Part shown: piece after piece, positions 50,999 to 61,398 of the stretch | How positions within the stretch are numbered: the stretch's first letter is position 1 | How the letters are laid out: each line of letters opens with the position of its first letter | NCBI GenBank assembly: GCA_963803435.1 | Contig: CAWDML010000001.1 | Span: 1,024,001-1,088,000, forward strand | Reading direction: 5' to 3' | DNA length: 64,000 nt | Origin: an uncultured delta proteobacterium | GTDB lineage: Bacteria; Myxococcota; Kuafuiibacteriia; Kuafuiibacteriales; Kuafuiibacteriaceae | Notes under the pieces: model-generated | Database searches by the model: none | The model's input: only the letters and a program-made list of their open reading frames with translations | Told to the model about the DNA's origin: nothing | Program-made: the position numbers and the translations under genes

Positions 50999-51811
50999 AT
51001 GACGAAGAGGAAGACTGGTCACCCGGATGACGGTCTGCTCGGCCGGCCCTATCTCCGCTCGGTGTCTCTGCTCCGGGAGCAGGTTCCGAACTTCGACCTC
51101 TACCCGTTCTCGATCCCGGCGATTGCGGCTCTGGACGAGCTCGAGTTCCACCCGACGGTGACGTTCCTCGTCGGCGAGAACGGAAGCGGTAAATCGACCC
51201 TCGTCGAAGCGGTCGCTGTCGCCGCCGGCTTCAACGCGGAGGGCGGGTCGAAGAACTTCAACTTCGCAACCCGGCCCTCCGAGTCCGAGCTTCATCAGTA
51301 CATACGACTTGTACGGGGTGTTCGGCGCCCGAAGGACGGCTTCTTCCTCCGGGCGGAGAGTTACTTCAACGTCGGCACCGAGATCGATCGCCTGGGGGTT
51401 GGAGGCGCGTACGGCGGCTCGGTCCACGAGCGGTCGCACGGCGAGTCGTTTCTGGCGCTGGTGACCGAGCGCTTTCGCGGCGAAGGCCTATACGTCCTCG
51501 ACGAGCCGGAGGCCGCACTCTCACCCAGCCGGCAGCTCTCGTTCCTCGCCGTCCTCGACAACCTGGCGCGCCAGCGGAGCTCGCAGTTCATCATCGCCAC
51601 CCACTCGCCCATCATCATGGCCTACCCACACGCCAAGATCGTCCAGCTCGACGGAGACGGGCTCCACTACGTCGAGTACGAGGCGACGGAGCACTACCGC
51701 ATCACGAAAGACTTCCTGAACGCCCGCGAGCTGTTCCTTCAGCGACTGCTGGCGGCGGATGACGAGGCCGAGCACGACCGAGTCAGCGATCCCACTGAGG
51801 AGGCACCGTAG
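50999..51811 (+). CDS. ABC-type/AAA_21 predicted ATPase (COG3910-like)
   Basis: GENGSGKST, FFLRAES, SHGESF, LDEPEAALSP, ATHSP. Confidence 0.9.
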   Translation: MTKRKTGHPDDGLLGRPYLRSVSLLREQVPNFDLYPFSIPAIAALDELEFHPTVTFLVGENGSGKSTLVEAVAVAAGFNAEGGSKNFNFATRPSESELHQYIRLVRGVRRPKDGFFLRAESYFNVGTEIDRLGVGGAYGGSVHERSHGESFLALVTERFRGEGLYVLDEPEAALSPSRQLSFLAVLDNLARQRSSQFIIATHSPIIMAYPHAKIVQLDGDGLHYVEYEATEHYRITKDFLNARELFLQRLLAADDEAEHDRVSDPTEEAP

Positions 51812-51959
51812 GTCGAATCGGTTACCGTGAGCCGGGTCCGAGGAGCCGGCCGCGGGACGCGGTCTTTTCGGTGACGCCTTTCCTGAGCACGATCTTCCGG
51901 CCGGCGTTCTTGCCCTCGTGGAAGGTGGCGTCACGCCGGCGGCCCCTCGAAGGACCGAT

Positions 51960-52230
51960 CGCGGTCGCCGTCCTTCACCCAGACGAGGCCCTGCTCCGCA
52001 GGCTGGGCCTTGGCGTCGCGGAGCTTCTCCAGAAGCCGTGCATGACCCCGGGCTGAAACGTGGCGCGGTTACCTCTGGGCTTGCTCGGGTCCTTTCGGTG
52101 GCGCTCCCAGAGCTCGCTGGCGGCGTGGAGGAGGTACTCGAACACGTACTCCGCGATGGCGAGGTTGGCGGGCGTCCCGAGGATCTCCATGGAGGTACCG
52201 TGCCCGCCTTCGTGCGGGAGCAACTGATGT
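51960..52230 (-). pseudogene. DUF2786/SprT-associated protein fragment
   Basis: GTSMEILGTPANLAIAEYVFEYLLHAASELWERH…FQPGVMHGF. Confidence 0.5.
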
Positions 52231-52997
52231 GTCAGGAGCTCGCGACCCTCGCTCCGCGACCCCTGCTTGGGGAGAGGCGGGCCGGGCTCGGCTCCGCGCC
52301 GTCGGCTCGTGTGATACCGTAGGTGAACCCGTTCGGCGGGTCGCGAACGGGCTGTGCTCGACATCGGGCTCGAATGGGAAAGCGCGTTCAAGCCCAGAAG
52401 TAGCTGGAGTAGTGAATGGCTCTTCACGCGTTGCTCGTTGCGTATCTTCCAAACGTCAGAGACTCAGCTCGCGGGCTGTTCAATTCCGCCATGCTCGGGG
52501 AGGGCTGGCGGCAATACAGCATTCCGTTCACCTGGACCAAGGATTTTCCGGACGATGCTGTCGCTGGGTCCGTACAGCAACTTGAGACTCAGATCCTGTC
52601 GCAGTTACATGCTGCGCTTGCTGCGGCGGGCTCCCCCACATACACCGCCCTCCTTCAGCTTGGTGGCGAACCGGCGGTCGCCGACCCGCCGGGCTGGGAC
52701 CGGTTGCCGGGGGCGTGACGAGTGGATGCGCACCGCGGAAGGGGGACCACTCCCTAAAGGGCCAGCATGCCGCCGAGCTCGTGCAAACTCAACCACAGCC
52801 ATGTGCATCTTTAGGGACTCGATGTCGGCACCCACCACCCGACGTCCGGCGCCTGCTCCTTCTCCTCCAGCTCGACCACCGCGATTCTCCCGACCGCGAC
52901 AATCCCGCGCACCCGGGTGTGCTTGTCAGCGGGCGCTTCTGATTCCAGCCCTTCGACGCCGTCGCCCACCGCCAGCGGGAGCACGACGAGGAGAGTG

Positions 52998-53006
52998 TGC
53001 TAAAAT
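52998..53006 (+). promoter_or_regulatory. Extended -10 promoter (TGnTAAAAT), leaderless gene
   Basis: TGCTAAAAT 6 nt before GTG 53013, no RBS. Confidence 0.6.
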
Positions 53007-53012
53007 GCCGTC

Positions 53013-53219
53013 GTGAACGAGCGACGAAATTGGAGCGTGGCGCGCTTCCAATCGTTCGATGATGCCGATGCCTCCGACCGCGCCTTCTACAGGTCGCTGA
53101 CGCCCGAGCAACGGCTGGACATCCTTCTCGAGCTCATTCACCGCTATCAGGAGACAGCCGATGAAGCTGCAGAAGGATTTGCGCGAGTTCATCGAGTTGT
53201 TGAACTCACATCGGGTTGA
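53013..53219 (+). CDS. Small partner protein of the nucleotidyltransferase
   Basis: 68 aa, DRAFYRSLTPEQRL…FARVHRVV. Overlaps the next gene. Confidence 0.65.
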   Translation: MNERRNWSVARFQSFDDADASDRAFYRSLTPEQRLDILLELIHRYQETADEAAEGFARVHRVVELTSG

Positions 53220-53616
53220 ATACCTGGTGGCGGGTGGTCATGCCGTCGCGTACCACGGCTATCCCCGCCTGACCGGCGACATCGACTTCTTCGTTCGGGC
53301 TTCGCGTGAGAATGCGGAGCGCATCGTCGCGGTCCTCGACGACTTCGGCTTTGAGAAGTTGGGTGTCAGTCCCGAGGATTCGATCGTTCCCGACCGCATC
53401 CTTCAACTCGGACGCGTGCCCAATCGGATCGACATTCTGACGTCCATCTCGGGTGTCACCTTCGAGGAAGCTTGGTCCTCTCGCATCGAGGGGGAGCTCG
53501 ACGACGTTCGCGTATCCTTCCTCGGGCGGGAGACGCTACTCAGGAACAAGAGGGCCAGCGGACGACCCAGAGATCTGGCGGATCTCGCCGAGCTCGACCC
53601 GGACGGAGAACGTTGA
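53161..53616 (+). CDS. Minimal nucleotidyltransferase (DUF6036-like)
   Basis: YLVAGGHAVAYHGYPRLTGDIDFF, RIDIL, NKRASGRPRDLADL. Confidence 0.85.
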   Translation: MKLQKDLREFIELLNSHRVEYLVAGGHAVAYHGYPRLTGDIDFFVRASRENAERIVAVLDDFGFEKLGVSPEDSIVPDRILQLGRVPNRIDILTSISGVTFEEAWSSRIEGELDDVRVSFLGRETLLRNKRASGRPRDLADLAELDPDGER

Positions 53617-53629
53617 GGAGCCGAAGGGC

Positions 53630-53738
53630 TCAACCCGAGTCCCACGAAAACGGAGGGTTCGCTCGGGTCATCGACCCGGACGGCGACAAGGTCGAGCTTT
53701 GGGAGCCCAAGGTCTGGGACGAGAAGAACAAGGGATGA
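53630..53738 (+). pseudogene. VOC/glyoxalase C-terminal fragment
   Basis: ENGGFARVIDPDGDKVELWEPK. Confidence 0.65.
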
Positions 53739-53800
53739 AGGGCGGCGGTGCGGACTCCGACCATCAGAGCTGAAGCTCCTCCTCGGCCTCGGCCGTGTCC

Positions 53801-54561
53801 TCACTCGATCCAGAACTCGTCGATCAGCACGTACTGCGTCTCGAGCGTGACGCGGTCCGCGACGGGGTCCCGGACACTGAACCGGGACACGTATCGGTAG
53901 AGGCCCGGCTCGTCGGTCACCGGGAGACCTCGCGGACCGACGGAGAAGGCTCGACCCGGCGCGAGGCGTCTCGGGTGCCGCAGAATCCCTCCACGAGAAC
54001 CTCCCCGCCGGGGTCAGGTGCGGCCCACCCCAGCGCATCTTGGCCTGGGCCGACATCCAGCATCCATCGCGCCAGCTCTCGAGCTGGCCGTCGAAAGCGC
54101 CCGTGAGCGCGTCACCGCCCAGAGCGAAGTCCGCGAGGTTGGTGACTCGGTACCGCGCAGGGGAGACCTGCTCCAGGAGGACCGGCGGCTCGCGGTCCGA
54201 CTCCAACACCCAGTGATACGTGGGGAGGCCGTGGGTCGGGTCTGTCCAGCGGACGAATAGGGTCGCGGCTTCGTCGAGGGCGGGGAGATCGAACGTCAGG
54301 TCATCGACGAGCGCCGGGGCCGGGGTCGTGGCGAACACGCTCGCCGTCACGGGGCCGGCGACAGACAGCCACGGCGTCTCCAGATCGCATTCCCGTCGAG
54401 CGCAGACGGCGCGAGCGACCCCGCGGCGCACCTCGAATCTCGAGCCCCGGGACGTCGGCGACGATATGCAGCGCGTAATCGGGACGCGAATCGACCAGCC
54501 GATCCTCGCCGCCGCATGCCGCGAGGGCGAGGGCGAGGCTGATGATCCCGACGCTCCGCAC
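53801..54561 (-). CDS. Hypothetical lipoprotein with two +1 frameshifts
   Basis: MRSVGIISLALALAA-C with GGAGG RBS. One continuous ORF ending …QYVLIDEFWIE* is obtained by GAATC->GATC at 54435-54439 and 53983-53987. Confidence 0.65.
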
Positions 54562-55004
54562 GTCCGTCCTCCCCCAGTCTCCCCTGATCGGCGGCCGTTC
54601 CGCCACCCTACGATTCCTGGGCGGTCAGCCGAGCCCGAGACGCGCGTCCCGACCCGCGCCATGCCGTCGATCTGCACGCTTTCTCCGCCCATCAAGCTCG
54701 GGCCTCGTCCACGTGGCGCAGCAATGGTCCGTCTCTGCAGCCGCCGATCGACGCGATCGTCCGTGTGACCTCAGCACGGAGATCGAGAAAGCCGAAGCCG
54801 TGAGCCCGCACCTCTCAGCCCGAGGGTGCCACCGGTGGCGCCTTCCCCTCCGCGATGGTGCCAACTTGGCACCGTCATCTCCAACTCGGCCTTCGGCCTT
54901 CGTTGGAGCCTGTGGCGGTAACCGCTTCGCAGAATTCGCTCCTGATCTGATCAGTCCGTCGTTGTCGTTGTCGGGCACCCACGACCCACGTTCTCTCGCC
55001 CCGG

Positions 55005-55272
55005 TGGTTTCAAAGCCGTGCCTCGATTCCGTCGTCTTCCGGAGCCGGCGCTTGCGGCGAGCCACGAGGTTCCTCGACCCTGGCTGGGTTCGCAGCTCCG
55101 CATGAACGCGCGGACTCCCATGGCGACCGCGGGTCGCCTTGAAGACCTCGTCGATCTTCTGCCCGAGCTCGGCGTCCTCACGACTCCCCTCGGACGGCTC
55201 CCGTTTGCGCCAGGCGTAGAAGCCGGACCTCAATACGCCGAGCACCTTGCACATTCGCTGCACTGGGAATGG
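55005..55272 (-). mobile_element. IS3-family OrfB 5' remnant
   Basis: VQRMCKVLGVLRSGFYAWRKR…RGRHGSPRVHAELR…RKTTESRH. Confidence 0.8.
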
Positions 55273-55276
55273 CTGA

Positions 55277-55957
55277 CTAGAACGGGAGCCCGAGCGCCTC
55301 GGCGACGAATCTATTCAATGGAGTCGCCGAGCGGCAGAGCTGGGCGAAGTACGACAGGAAGTCGGGCGAGCAGACCTGCTTCCTCGACAGCCTCGCGATG
55401 GCGATGAAGTCCTTGCGCTTGAGATCCTCAATCAACGGGTGGTCGGGGTCGACGCCCTTCGGGGTGCGGATCGCTGAGTCGCCGGAGAGCGCCCAGGGGT
55501 CGGCGACCTTCGCCTTCGTCCACTTCTTCGGGGTGGCCTGGATGGCGGCGCGGATCCGCTTCAGCGCGTCCGGATCGGGGCGCCAGATCCCGGAGCCGAC
55601 GAAGCTGCCGGTCGGGTCGAGGTGGAGGTAGAAGCCGGGGGCGTGGACGTCCTTGCCGCGGGCGTGCCGGAACTGGGCCGCCGCGTGGGTCTTGTACGGC
55701 GACTTGTCCTTGGAGAAGCGGACGTCGCGGTAGATCCGGAAGAACGAGCCGCCGGCCGGACGCGGGTCCGCCACCAGGTGGGCGGTGATCTTCGCCAGGT
55801 GGGGAGCGAAGTCGGCGATGAAGCGGAGAAACGGATCGCGGACCTCGCGGTGATAGCGAGGCTTGTTCTCCTCGAACCAGGCCCGGTCGTTGTTGACCGC
55901 GAGCTCGCCGAGGAACCGAAACAGCTTGGCGTCGAAATGCGCGCTCTTCTTGGCCAT
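55277..55957 (-). CDS. DUF2461 / TIGR02453 family protein
   Basis: FLGELAVNNDRAWFEENK, FRIYRDVRFSKDKSPYKTH, HPLIEDLKRKDF. Confidence 0.9.
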   Translation of the reverse strand: MAKKSAHFDAKLFRFLGELAVNNDRAWFEENKPRYHREVRDPFLRFIADFAPHLAKITAHLVADPRPAGGSFFRIYRDVRFSKDKSPYKTHAAAQFRHARGKDVHAPGFYLHLDPTGSFVGSGIWRPDPDALKRIRAAIQATPKKWTKAKVADPWALSGDSAIRTPKGVDPDHPLIEDLKRKDFIAIARLSRKQVCSPDFLSYFAQLCRSATPLNRFVAEALGLPF

Positions 55958-55962
55958 CGTCT

Positions 55963-58269
55963 TCAGGGGAGCAGGAACAGGGTCTCGAGATCGGTCGGTG
56001 GGCCGATACAGACGTCGGTGCATCCCTTCGCAGGGTAGACGTAGCGGCCAGTGCCATCCTCGATGCCGCCGACCCAGACGAAGTCGGACGGATACGAGTT
56101 GTTCGGATCGTAGTTGAAGTGGATGTCCCCGTTCTCACCCACGGCGATCTGGAAGCTCACCGAGCCGAAGTCGCTCTGCATGTTCTGGTAGGCGACGTGG
56201 TGCACCTGACCGGAGACCGGGGCCGAGTCGGTCCAGGTCAGCACGCGCGAGCCCCCGCCAACGGCGAGGTCGGATCCCAACGCCGCGATCAGCGCGTTGG
56301 GAGCAAGCGGGGAGCCCAGACCGGCCTCCACGGTCAGATCGGGGAGCAGCGTCACGTAGCCGTTCACGTGCACCATCAGCCCGGCGTACCGCTGGCCGAA
56401 GAACTGGATGTCGGCCGGGATGATCGCGAAGCCCTCGTCGAGCGCGTCGCCGTCGACCAGGTAGGGCAGGAACGTCAGCGGCGTGGCACTGACCGGAATG
56501 GGCGGAGGATCGTTCGAGGAGGACTGGGTCTGGTAGTCGAAGCCCGGCTCGAGCCGGCAGGCCGAGTCACAGCCGTCGCCTTCATAAAGGTTGCCATCGT
56601 CGCAGGCCTCGACGACCTCGGTCGCACCGTCTCCACAGACGACGGGGGCCGGGTCGGCGGCGAGGACGTAGCTGGGACCGTTGCCACCGGCGAGATCGGG
56701 CATCCCGGTCATCGTGATCGTGTAGAGACCGACCCTCAGGGCGTCGAGCACGATGTTGGGACAGCCCTCCCCAAAGCCGGTGCTGAAGACCGAGCTGCCC
56801 TCGATCTCGACCGAGATGCGCGCGCCGTCCAGGTCCTTGCAGTCGCGGTCGGCGGGATCGAACACGCGAACGCGGAGGGCGTCGTTGTCGACCTGGATGC
56901 GGTAGACGTCGACGTCCTGGATCTGGATCGCCATCAGCGTTCCGAAGCGCGCGACCAGCGTCCCCCCCTGCGGCGAGGGGAGCGCGAGCGGGTTGGCGAT
57001 GTCCGGGGTGTCGTTCGGCTCGACCTCGTCGATCGTGGACCAGACCAGCTTCCGGGCGGTCGACGCCAGGCCGTTGCGCTCCGTCGCCAACCGGATCTCC
57101 TGCGTACCGTTGAGCTGGCGGATGAGCGATCCGGAGTTGCCGGGGAGCAGCTCCATCGCGCCGCCGATGAAGAGCCGGTTCATCAGGCCGCCGCGCGTGT
57201 TCCAGGAGATCGTGAGGTCCGCGGGCGCTCTGAACCACTCGGGCGCCACGGAGAATTCTCCGATCAGCGGCGGCGGCAGGTGGCTGGCGTCTGCGGAGAT
57301 CTCGATCGACTGCGTCTCGTTGCCACCTTGATCGGACGCGACCGCGACCAGGCGGTAGCGCTGCCGCAGGGCCGGCGCCACCAGCCAGCGCCCGGCGATC
57401 CGCGAGGTGCGATCCGTGACCGGCTGCGTGTAGAGCCGTTGGTTCGTGCCCTCCTCCTCGACGAAGACGACGGCGGCGCCCTTCGTCTCCCACTCCAGGC
57501 GGGCGGTGTCGCCCACCGCGACCATGCCTGGCGTCGCCGTCAGGGAGCAGATCATGCTCGGCTTGGCGGACACGACCTGAGACTCCGCAGAGAGGTCGCC
57601 GGCGGTGGCGAGCATCTTCAGGTCGGCGGGTCGCGAGAGCGGCAGCGTGGTGCGCGAGCTCGCCGACGCGCTGCTGAAGACCTCGGTTCCGTCCGCCTCC
57701 AGGCGGACCTCGAGCGTTCGCCCCTCCAGATCGCCCACCACCGTCCAGGCCACGTCGACGGCGTCGCAGGGTTGATCGGTCGAGCGCTCGACCGAGATCG
57801 AGACCGCGATCTCCCCCGGTGGCGGTGTATCGACCACCTCGATGCGCCGCATCTTCGAGTCCTCGCGGAGATCGTCGTCGCGTCCCGCAAGCACGAAGTC
57901 GGTCGTCTCGGTCACGTCGATCGCGAGGGTTCCGGCGTGCTCGCCGAGCGGACCGGGCGCAGGGGAAAGGACCACGACGCTCGCGTTCGTGACCACATAG
58001 TCGAAGTGCACCGTCGGATCCTCGGGGGTCACCACGATCCGGTCCGGCTGAAAGAGCCGGATCTTCGGGCCCTCCTCCGCGCTTCGCGGGAGGCAGACCT
58101 GATCGATGCACGCCTCGGCGTACGTGCAGTCGGCCTCCGCCACACAGATCGATCGACAGACGCCGTCCACGTTCGCGGTACCGGCGGGACACTGGGCGAG
58201 CGGAACGTCCTTCTTGCACGCCGCCAGCGCCAGCAGCGCCGGGATCAACGCCAGCCTTCCTCTCTTCAC
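55963..58269 (-). CDS. Cys-rich surface lipoprotein (Ig-like repeats, EVEPND/PPC-like, DUF4215 myxo Cys repeat)
   Basis: LALAA-C lipobox at GTG 58269, CPAG…C…C, DEVEPND, CGDG…EACDDGNLYEGDGCDSAC, C-terminal FFGQRY…VHVNGY domain. Confidence 0.8.
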   Translation of the reverse strand: MKRGRLALIPALLALAACKKDVPLAQCPAGTANVDGVCRSICVAEADCTYAEACIDQVCLPRSAEEGPKIRLFQPDRIVVTPEDPTVHFDYVVTNASVVVLSPAPGPLGEHAGTLAIDVTETTDFVLAGRDDDLREDSKMRRIEVVDTPPPGEIAVSISVERSTDQPCDAVDVAWTVVGDLEGRTLEVRLEADGTEVFSSASASSRTTLPLSRPADLKMLATAGDLSAESQVVSAKPSMICSLTATPGMVAVGDTARLEWETKGAAVVFVEEEGTNQRLYTQPVTDRTSRIAGRWLVAPALRQRYRLVAVASDQGGNETQSIEISADASHLPPPLIGEFSVAPEWFRAPADLTISWNTRGGLMNRLFIGGAMELLPGNSGSLIRQLNGTQEIRLATERNGLASTARKLVWSTIDEVEPNDTPDIANPLALPSPQGGTLVARFGTLMAIQIQDVDVYRIQVDNDALRVRVFDPADRDCKDLDGARISVEIEGSSVFSTGFGEGCPNIVLDALRVGLYTITMTGMPDLAGGNGPSYVLAADPAPVVCGDGATEVVEACDDGNLYEGDGCDSACRLEPGFDYQTQSSSNDPPPIPVSATPLTFLPYLVDGDALDEGFAIIPADIQFFGQRYAGLMVHVNGYVTLLPDLTVEAGLGSPLAPNALIAALGSDLAVGGGSRVLTWTDSAPVSGQVHHVAYQNMQSDFGSVSFQIAVGENGDIHFNYDPNNSYPSDFVWVGGIEDGTGRYVYPAKGCTDVCIGPPTDLETLFLLP

Positions 58270-60593
58270 CGTATGCCTCCCGGTACCAGCTCGAAGCTGC
58301 GGCCTTCCAGGTCCGCGATGACCTCGCGGCCACATCGCGGATCGCAGGCCGGGAGATAGGTGGTGCGCGCGCCATGTCGATCTTGAAGGCCGGCCTCGAA
58401 CTCGACGCCAGGGCCGAGCCCGAAGAGGCGAGGATAGCCGATGCGAATCTTTCCATCCTTCTCGAGCGTCAAGCGCGCGGTCAGGCGGCTGGTCACGTCC
58501 CCCACCAGCACGAAGGCGTCATACTCGATCATCACGTCTCCGTTGTCGGTCCAGGTGTAGATCCCGCCGGTCGCCGCGGAGGCGCGGAGGTTCGCCCCCG
58601 CCACCGCGATCAGAGCGTTCGGCGCTCCTGGCGCCAGCGGGTCGACCGCGTCGAACCGGCTCGCGATCACGTCCGGCAAGAGCCCCACGAACCCGTTCGT
58701 GTGCACCACCGCCGCGTAGTAGGTCCGCTCGAAGTATGGGAACCCGCCAGGGAGCTCCACCAGACCGAAGCCTTCGTCGGTCGGCGACGCCCCGCCGCCC
58801 GAATAGCCGTGCAGGCTGATCTCGCGGGCATTCCCCGGCCGCGGATCGAGGCCTCCGACGGCGGCCTCCTCGATCTGGTAAAAGGTAGTGTCCTCCGGGA
58901 CGCAGTCCCCGCTGCAACCGTCGCCGTTCGCGCGATTGCCGTCATCGCACAGCTCGATCTCGGCGACCTCACCGTCGCCGCAGATCGGATCCAGGATCTC
59001 GGCCGCCAGCCGATAGTCGATCGTGAACGTGACGTCGCCGAGCGTCCACTCCACCCGGGCGAAGACCGGGCCGGCGGTCTGCGGGTGGAAGCTGAGCCGC
59101 GGGCAGTCGCCGTTCGCCTGCGACTGGACGCTGGCCGAGAAGCCTCCGGCGTCGATGAGCGTCAGCGCGAGCCCCGCCATACACTTCCCGTAGAGGGCCG
59201 CTTGCACCGACTGGCCGGGCCCGGCGATGCCGACCTCGAACACGTCGGCGTCGAGAAGGCCGACCGTGCCGCCCACGGCCGAATCATCGAGCGGCTGCGC
59301 GCTCGCGACATCGTCGTTCGGCTCGATCTCCTGGAGGGTGGCGAAGATCGACCCGCGCGCCTCGGCGACTCCGGCCGGGCTCTCCGCGCGCAGGAGCGCC
59401 TTCAGCGTCGCGCTCGCTTGCGGGCGCACCTCCTGACCCTGGAACGCCACGTCTCCGACCGGTCGATCGGCCCAGTTGAAGACGGCGCTGGTCGCGAACG
59501 GATCCGGCGCGTCGATCATCCACGAGACACCGATGGACATCCCGGTGCCGTTCGAGTCGATGAACGGTGGATGGTCGAAGCGAGTGATCTCCGGCGGCTG
59601 CGAGGAGCTGAACGCAACCGGCACCTCGGTCGACATCACCTTCTGACCCATCGCACCGGTCGCCACCAGCGAGACGACGTGTTGCCCAGCCGGCACGATC
59701 AGCGGGAACGAAGCGGCGTCGACGTCATAGGGAGAGGCGGTGGTGAAGAGATCGGTCCCGTCGAGCACGAGCGTGGCGGAGACGGCGTTCCGGGTCTGCC
59801 AGCTCACCGCCGCCGGATAGTCGTGCGGCGATGGATCGAGGCCCTTCACGCCGAACGCGACAATCTCGGGATCGACCGCGGCCACCACCTGGACCTCGGC
59901 CCGCGCCAGCAGGTCGCCCGACGACAGCACGAATGCGGTCGTCGCCTCGACCCTCTGCTCGAGGGTTCCGTCGGGCGGCGCGTCCGCCGCGAGCGTCTGA
60001 CCGTCCTCGATCCCGATCTTGATCGGTGCGTTGGCGTTCTTCACGCTCCAGGAGAGCGTGACGGTCGCGCCGGCCGACACCCGGGCCGGCGACGCCGAGA
60101 ACATCTCGATCCGCGGCGTCCCATCGTCGAGCTCGATCGCCCGCGTGTGCGGTTGATCGACGCCTCCGCGCGTCGCCACCAGCCGCACGATTCCGTTCCG
60201 CGTCACCGCGTCGACCACGCGGGTCCCGAACAGCTCGCTGTCGCTGTCGACCAGGACCTGGACGTCGCCGTCGCTCCACTCCACCTGGAGGCGGAGGTGG
60301 TCGGCGGAGACCACGCCGTAGTCGATCGTCACCGGCTCGCCCGACGAAACGGGCGTGGGCGCGACCTCGAAGCGCTTGACCTTCGGGGTGTCCGTCATCG
60401 GCTCGGGGATACAGACGCTGGGATTGGCGCCGCAGAGCTCGGAGAGCAGGCAGTCACCGTCGTTGTTGCAGGTCTGGCGGCAGACCCCCTGGACCTGGGT
60501 CGTGCCGGGGCTGCAGACGCCGGGGCCGGGCTCTGCCGAGTGGCACCCGAACAGGAGGGCGAGCAGCGTCAGCCGGCGTCGAGAAGACCACAT
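58266..60593 (-). CDS. Cys-rich surface lipoprotein, tandem paralog of 55963-58269
   Basis: LLFG-C lipobox, QEIEPND, CGDG…ELCDDGNRANGDGCSGDC, YFERTY…VHTNGF, APNALIA. Confidence 0.8.
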   Translation of the reverse strand: MWSSRRRLTLLALLFGCHSAEPGPGVCSPGTTQVQGVCRQTCNNDGDCLLSELCGANPSVCIPEPMTDTPKVKRFEVAPTPVSSGEPVTIDYGVVSADHLRLQVEWSDGDVQVLVDSDSELFGTRVVDAVTRNGIVRLVATRGGVDQPHTRAIELDDGTPRIEMFSASPARVSAGATVTLSWSVKNANAPIKIGIEDGQTLAADAPPDGTLEQRVEATTAFVLSSGDLLARAEVQVVAAVDPEIVAFGVKGLDPSPHDYPAAVSWQTRNAVSATLVLDGTDLFTTASPYDVDAASFPLIVPAGQHVVSLVATGAMGQKVMSTEVPVAFSSSQPPEITRFDHPPFIDSNGTGMSIGVSWMIDAPDPFATSAVFNWADRPVGDVAFQGQEVRPQASATLKALLRAESPAGVAEARGSIFATLQEIEPNDDVASAQPLDDSAVGGTVGLLDADVFEVGIAGPGQSVQAALYGKCMAGLALTLIDAGGFSASVQSQANGDCPRLSFHPQTAGPVFARVEWTLGDVTFTIDYRLAAEILDPICGDGEVAEIELCDDGNRANGDGCSGDCVPEDTTFYQIEEAAVGGLDPRPGNAREISLHGYSGGGASPTDEGFGLVELPGGFPYFERTYYAAVVHTNGFVGLLPDVIASRFDAVDPLAPGAPNALIAVAGANLRASAATGGIYTWTDNGDVMIEYDAFVLVGDVTSRLTARLTLEKDGKIRIGYPRLFGLGPGVEFEAGLQDRHGARTTYLPACDPRCGREVIADLEGRSFELVPGGIR

Positions 60594-60649
60594 CCGCACA
60601 CGGATCTTGCCATCTTTGAGGGGCCCCACCCAACCTCTACGGGCTTCCG

Positions 60650-61129
60650 TCAGGACTTGGTCGATCGCTCGATCTCGGCGGCGCGCTTCACGGCGTCGAA
60701 GATCTTCGTGTAGCCGGTACAACGACAAAGGTTTCCGGACAGGGCCAGCCGCGTCTCTTCCAGGCTGGGATCCGGGTGGTCGTTCAGGAGCGCGCGGGCC
60801 GAGATCATCATCCCGCTCTGACAGAACCCGCACTGGAGCGCGCCGCACTCGTCGAAGGCGTCCTGCACGGGATCGAGTCGCCCGCCCCGGGCCAGGCCCT
60901 CGATGGTGGTCACCTCGTGTCCGCGCGCGGCGACGGCGAGCATCAGGCACGAGAGCTTGGCCTCACCGTCGACCAGGACCGTGCACGCGCCGCAGTCGCC
61001 CTTGTCGCAGCCCTGCTTGCTGCCGGTCAGCCCCACCTCGTAGCGGAGCGCCTCCAGCAAGGTCCAGTGCGCAGGCACCGCGACCTCGTACGCGTCTGAG
61101 TTGATCGAGAGCGGGAGGACGACCTTCAC
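60650..61129 (-). CDS. 2x[2Fe-2S] small subunit, CoxS/CutS/XdhC family
   Basis: GCDKGDCGACTV…SC, QCGFC, GNLCRCTGY. Confidence 0.92.
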   Translation of the reverse strand: MKVVLPLSINSDAYEVAVPAHWTLLEALRYEVGLTGSKQGCDKGDCGACTVLVDGEAKLSCLMLAVAARGHEVTTIEGLARGGRLDPVQDAFDECGALQCGFCQSGMMISARALLNDHPDPSLEETRLALSGNLCRCTGYTKIFDAVKRAAEIERSTKS

Positions 61130-61341
61130 GACGCGAGGCTCCGCGGGATGGCCTCCGCCTTCGGCTCACCCTCACCGCCTTCCGGCGCAGGCTCGGCGAC
61201 GGCTGGCGGGGGCTCCGGATCCCGCTCGACGACCAGGCGGTAGCGCGACCCGGGCACGCCGCACGTCGGGCAGTGCTTCGGCGGATGATCCTCCGCGATC
61301 GTCTTGCAGATGATGCAGCTCCAGATGAGTCGGGCCGCCAC
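61126..61341 (-). CDS. Rubredoxin-like small protein
   Basis: WSCIIC…PPKHCPTCG. GTGA overlap with coxS. Confidence 0.7.
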   Translation of the reverse strand: MAARLIWSCIICKTIAEDHPPKHCPTCGVPGSRYRLVVERDPEPPPAVAEPAPEGGEGEPKAEAIPRSLAS

Positions 61342-61398
61342 GATGATCGGTCACTACACGATGCGGGCCTTGGCCTCAATGGCCGAAAGCGGCCGGGC

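Noticed and set aside
50999-51811. ATPase as part of a defence system (AbiEii/PARIS/Septu-like)
   Set aside because: No partner nuclease or TOPRIM gene adjacent; it matches a common stand-alone family.
52416-52718. 100-aa ORF
   Set aside because: No RBS or motif; possibly a C-terminal remnant, but it cannot be supported.
60594-60950. N-terminal extension of the 894-aa ORF
   Set aside because: Off-frame overlap with the coxS-like gene; the lipoprotein signal starts at 60593.
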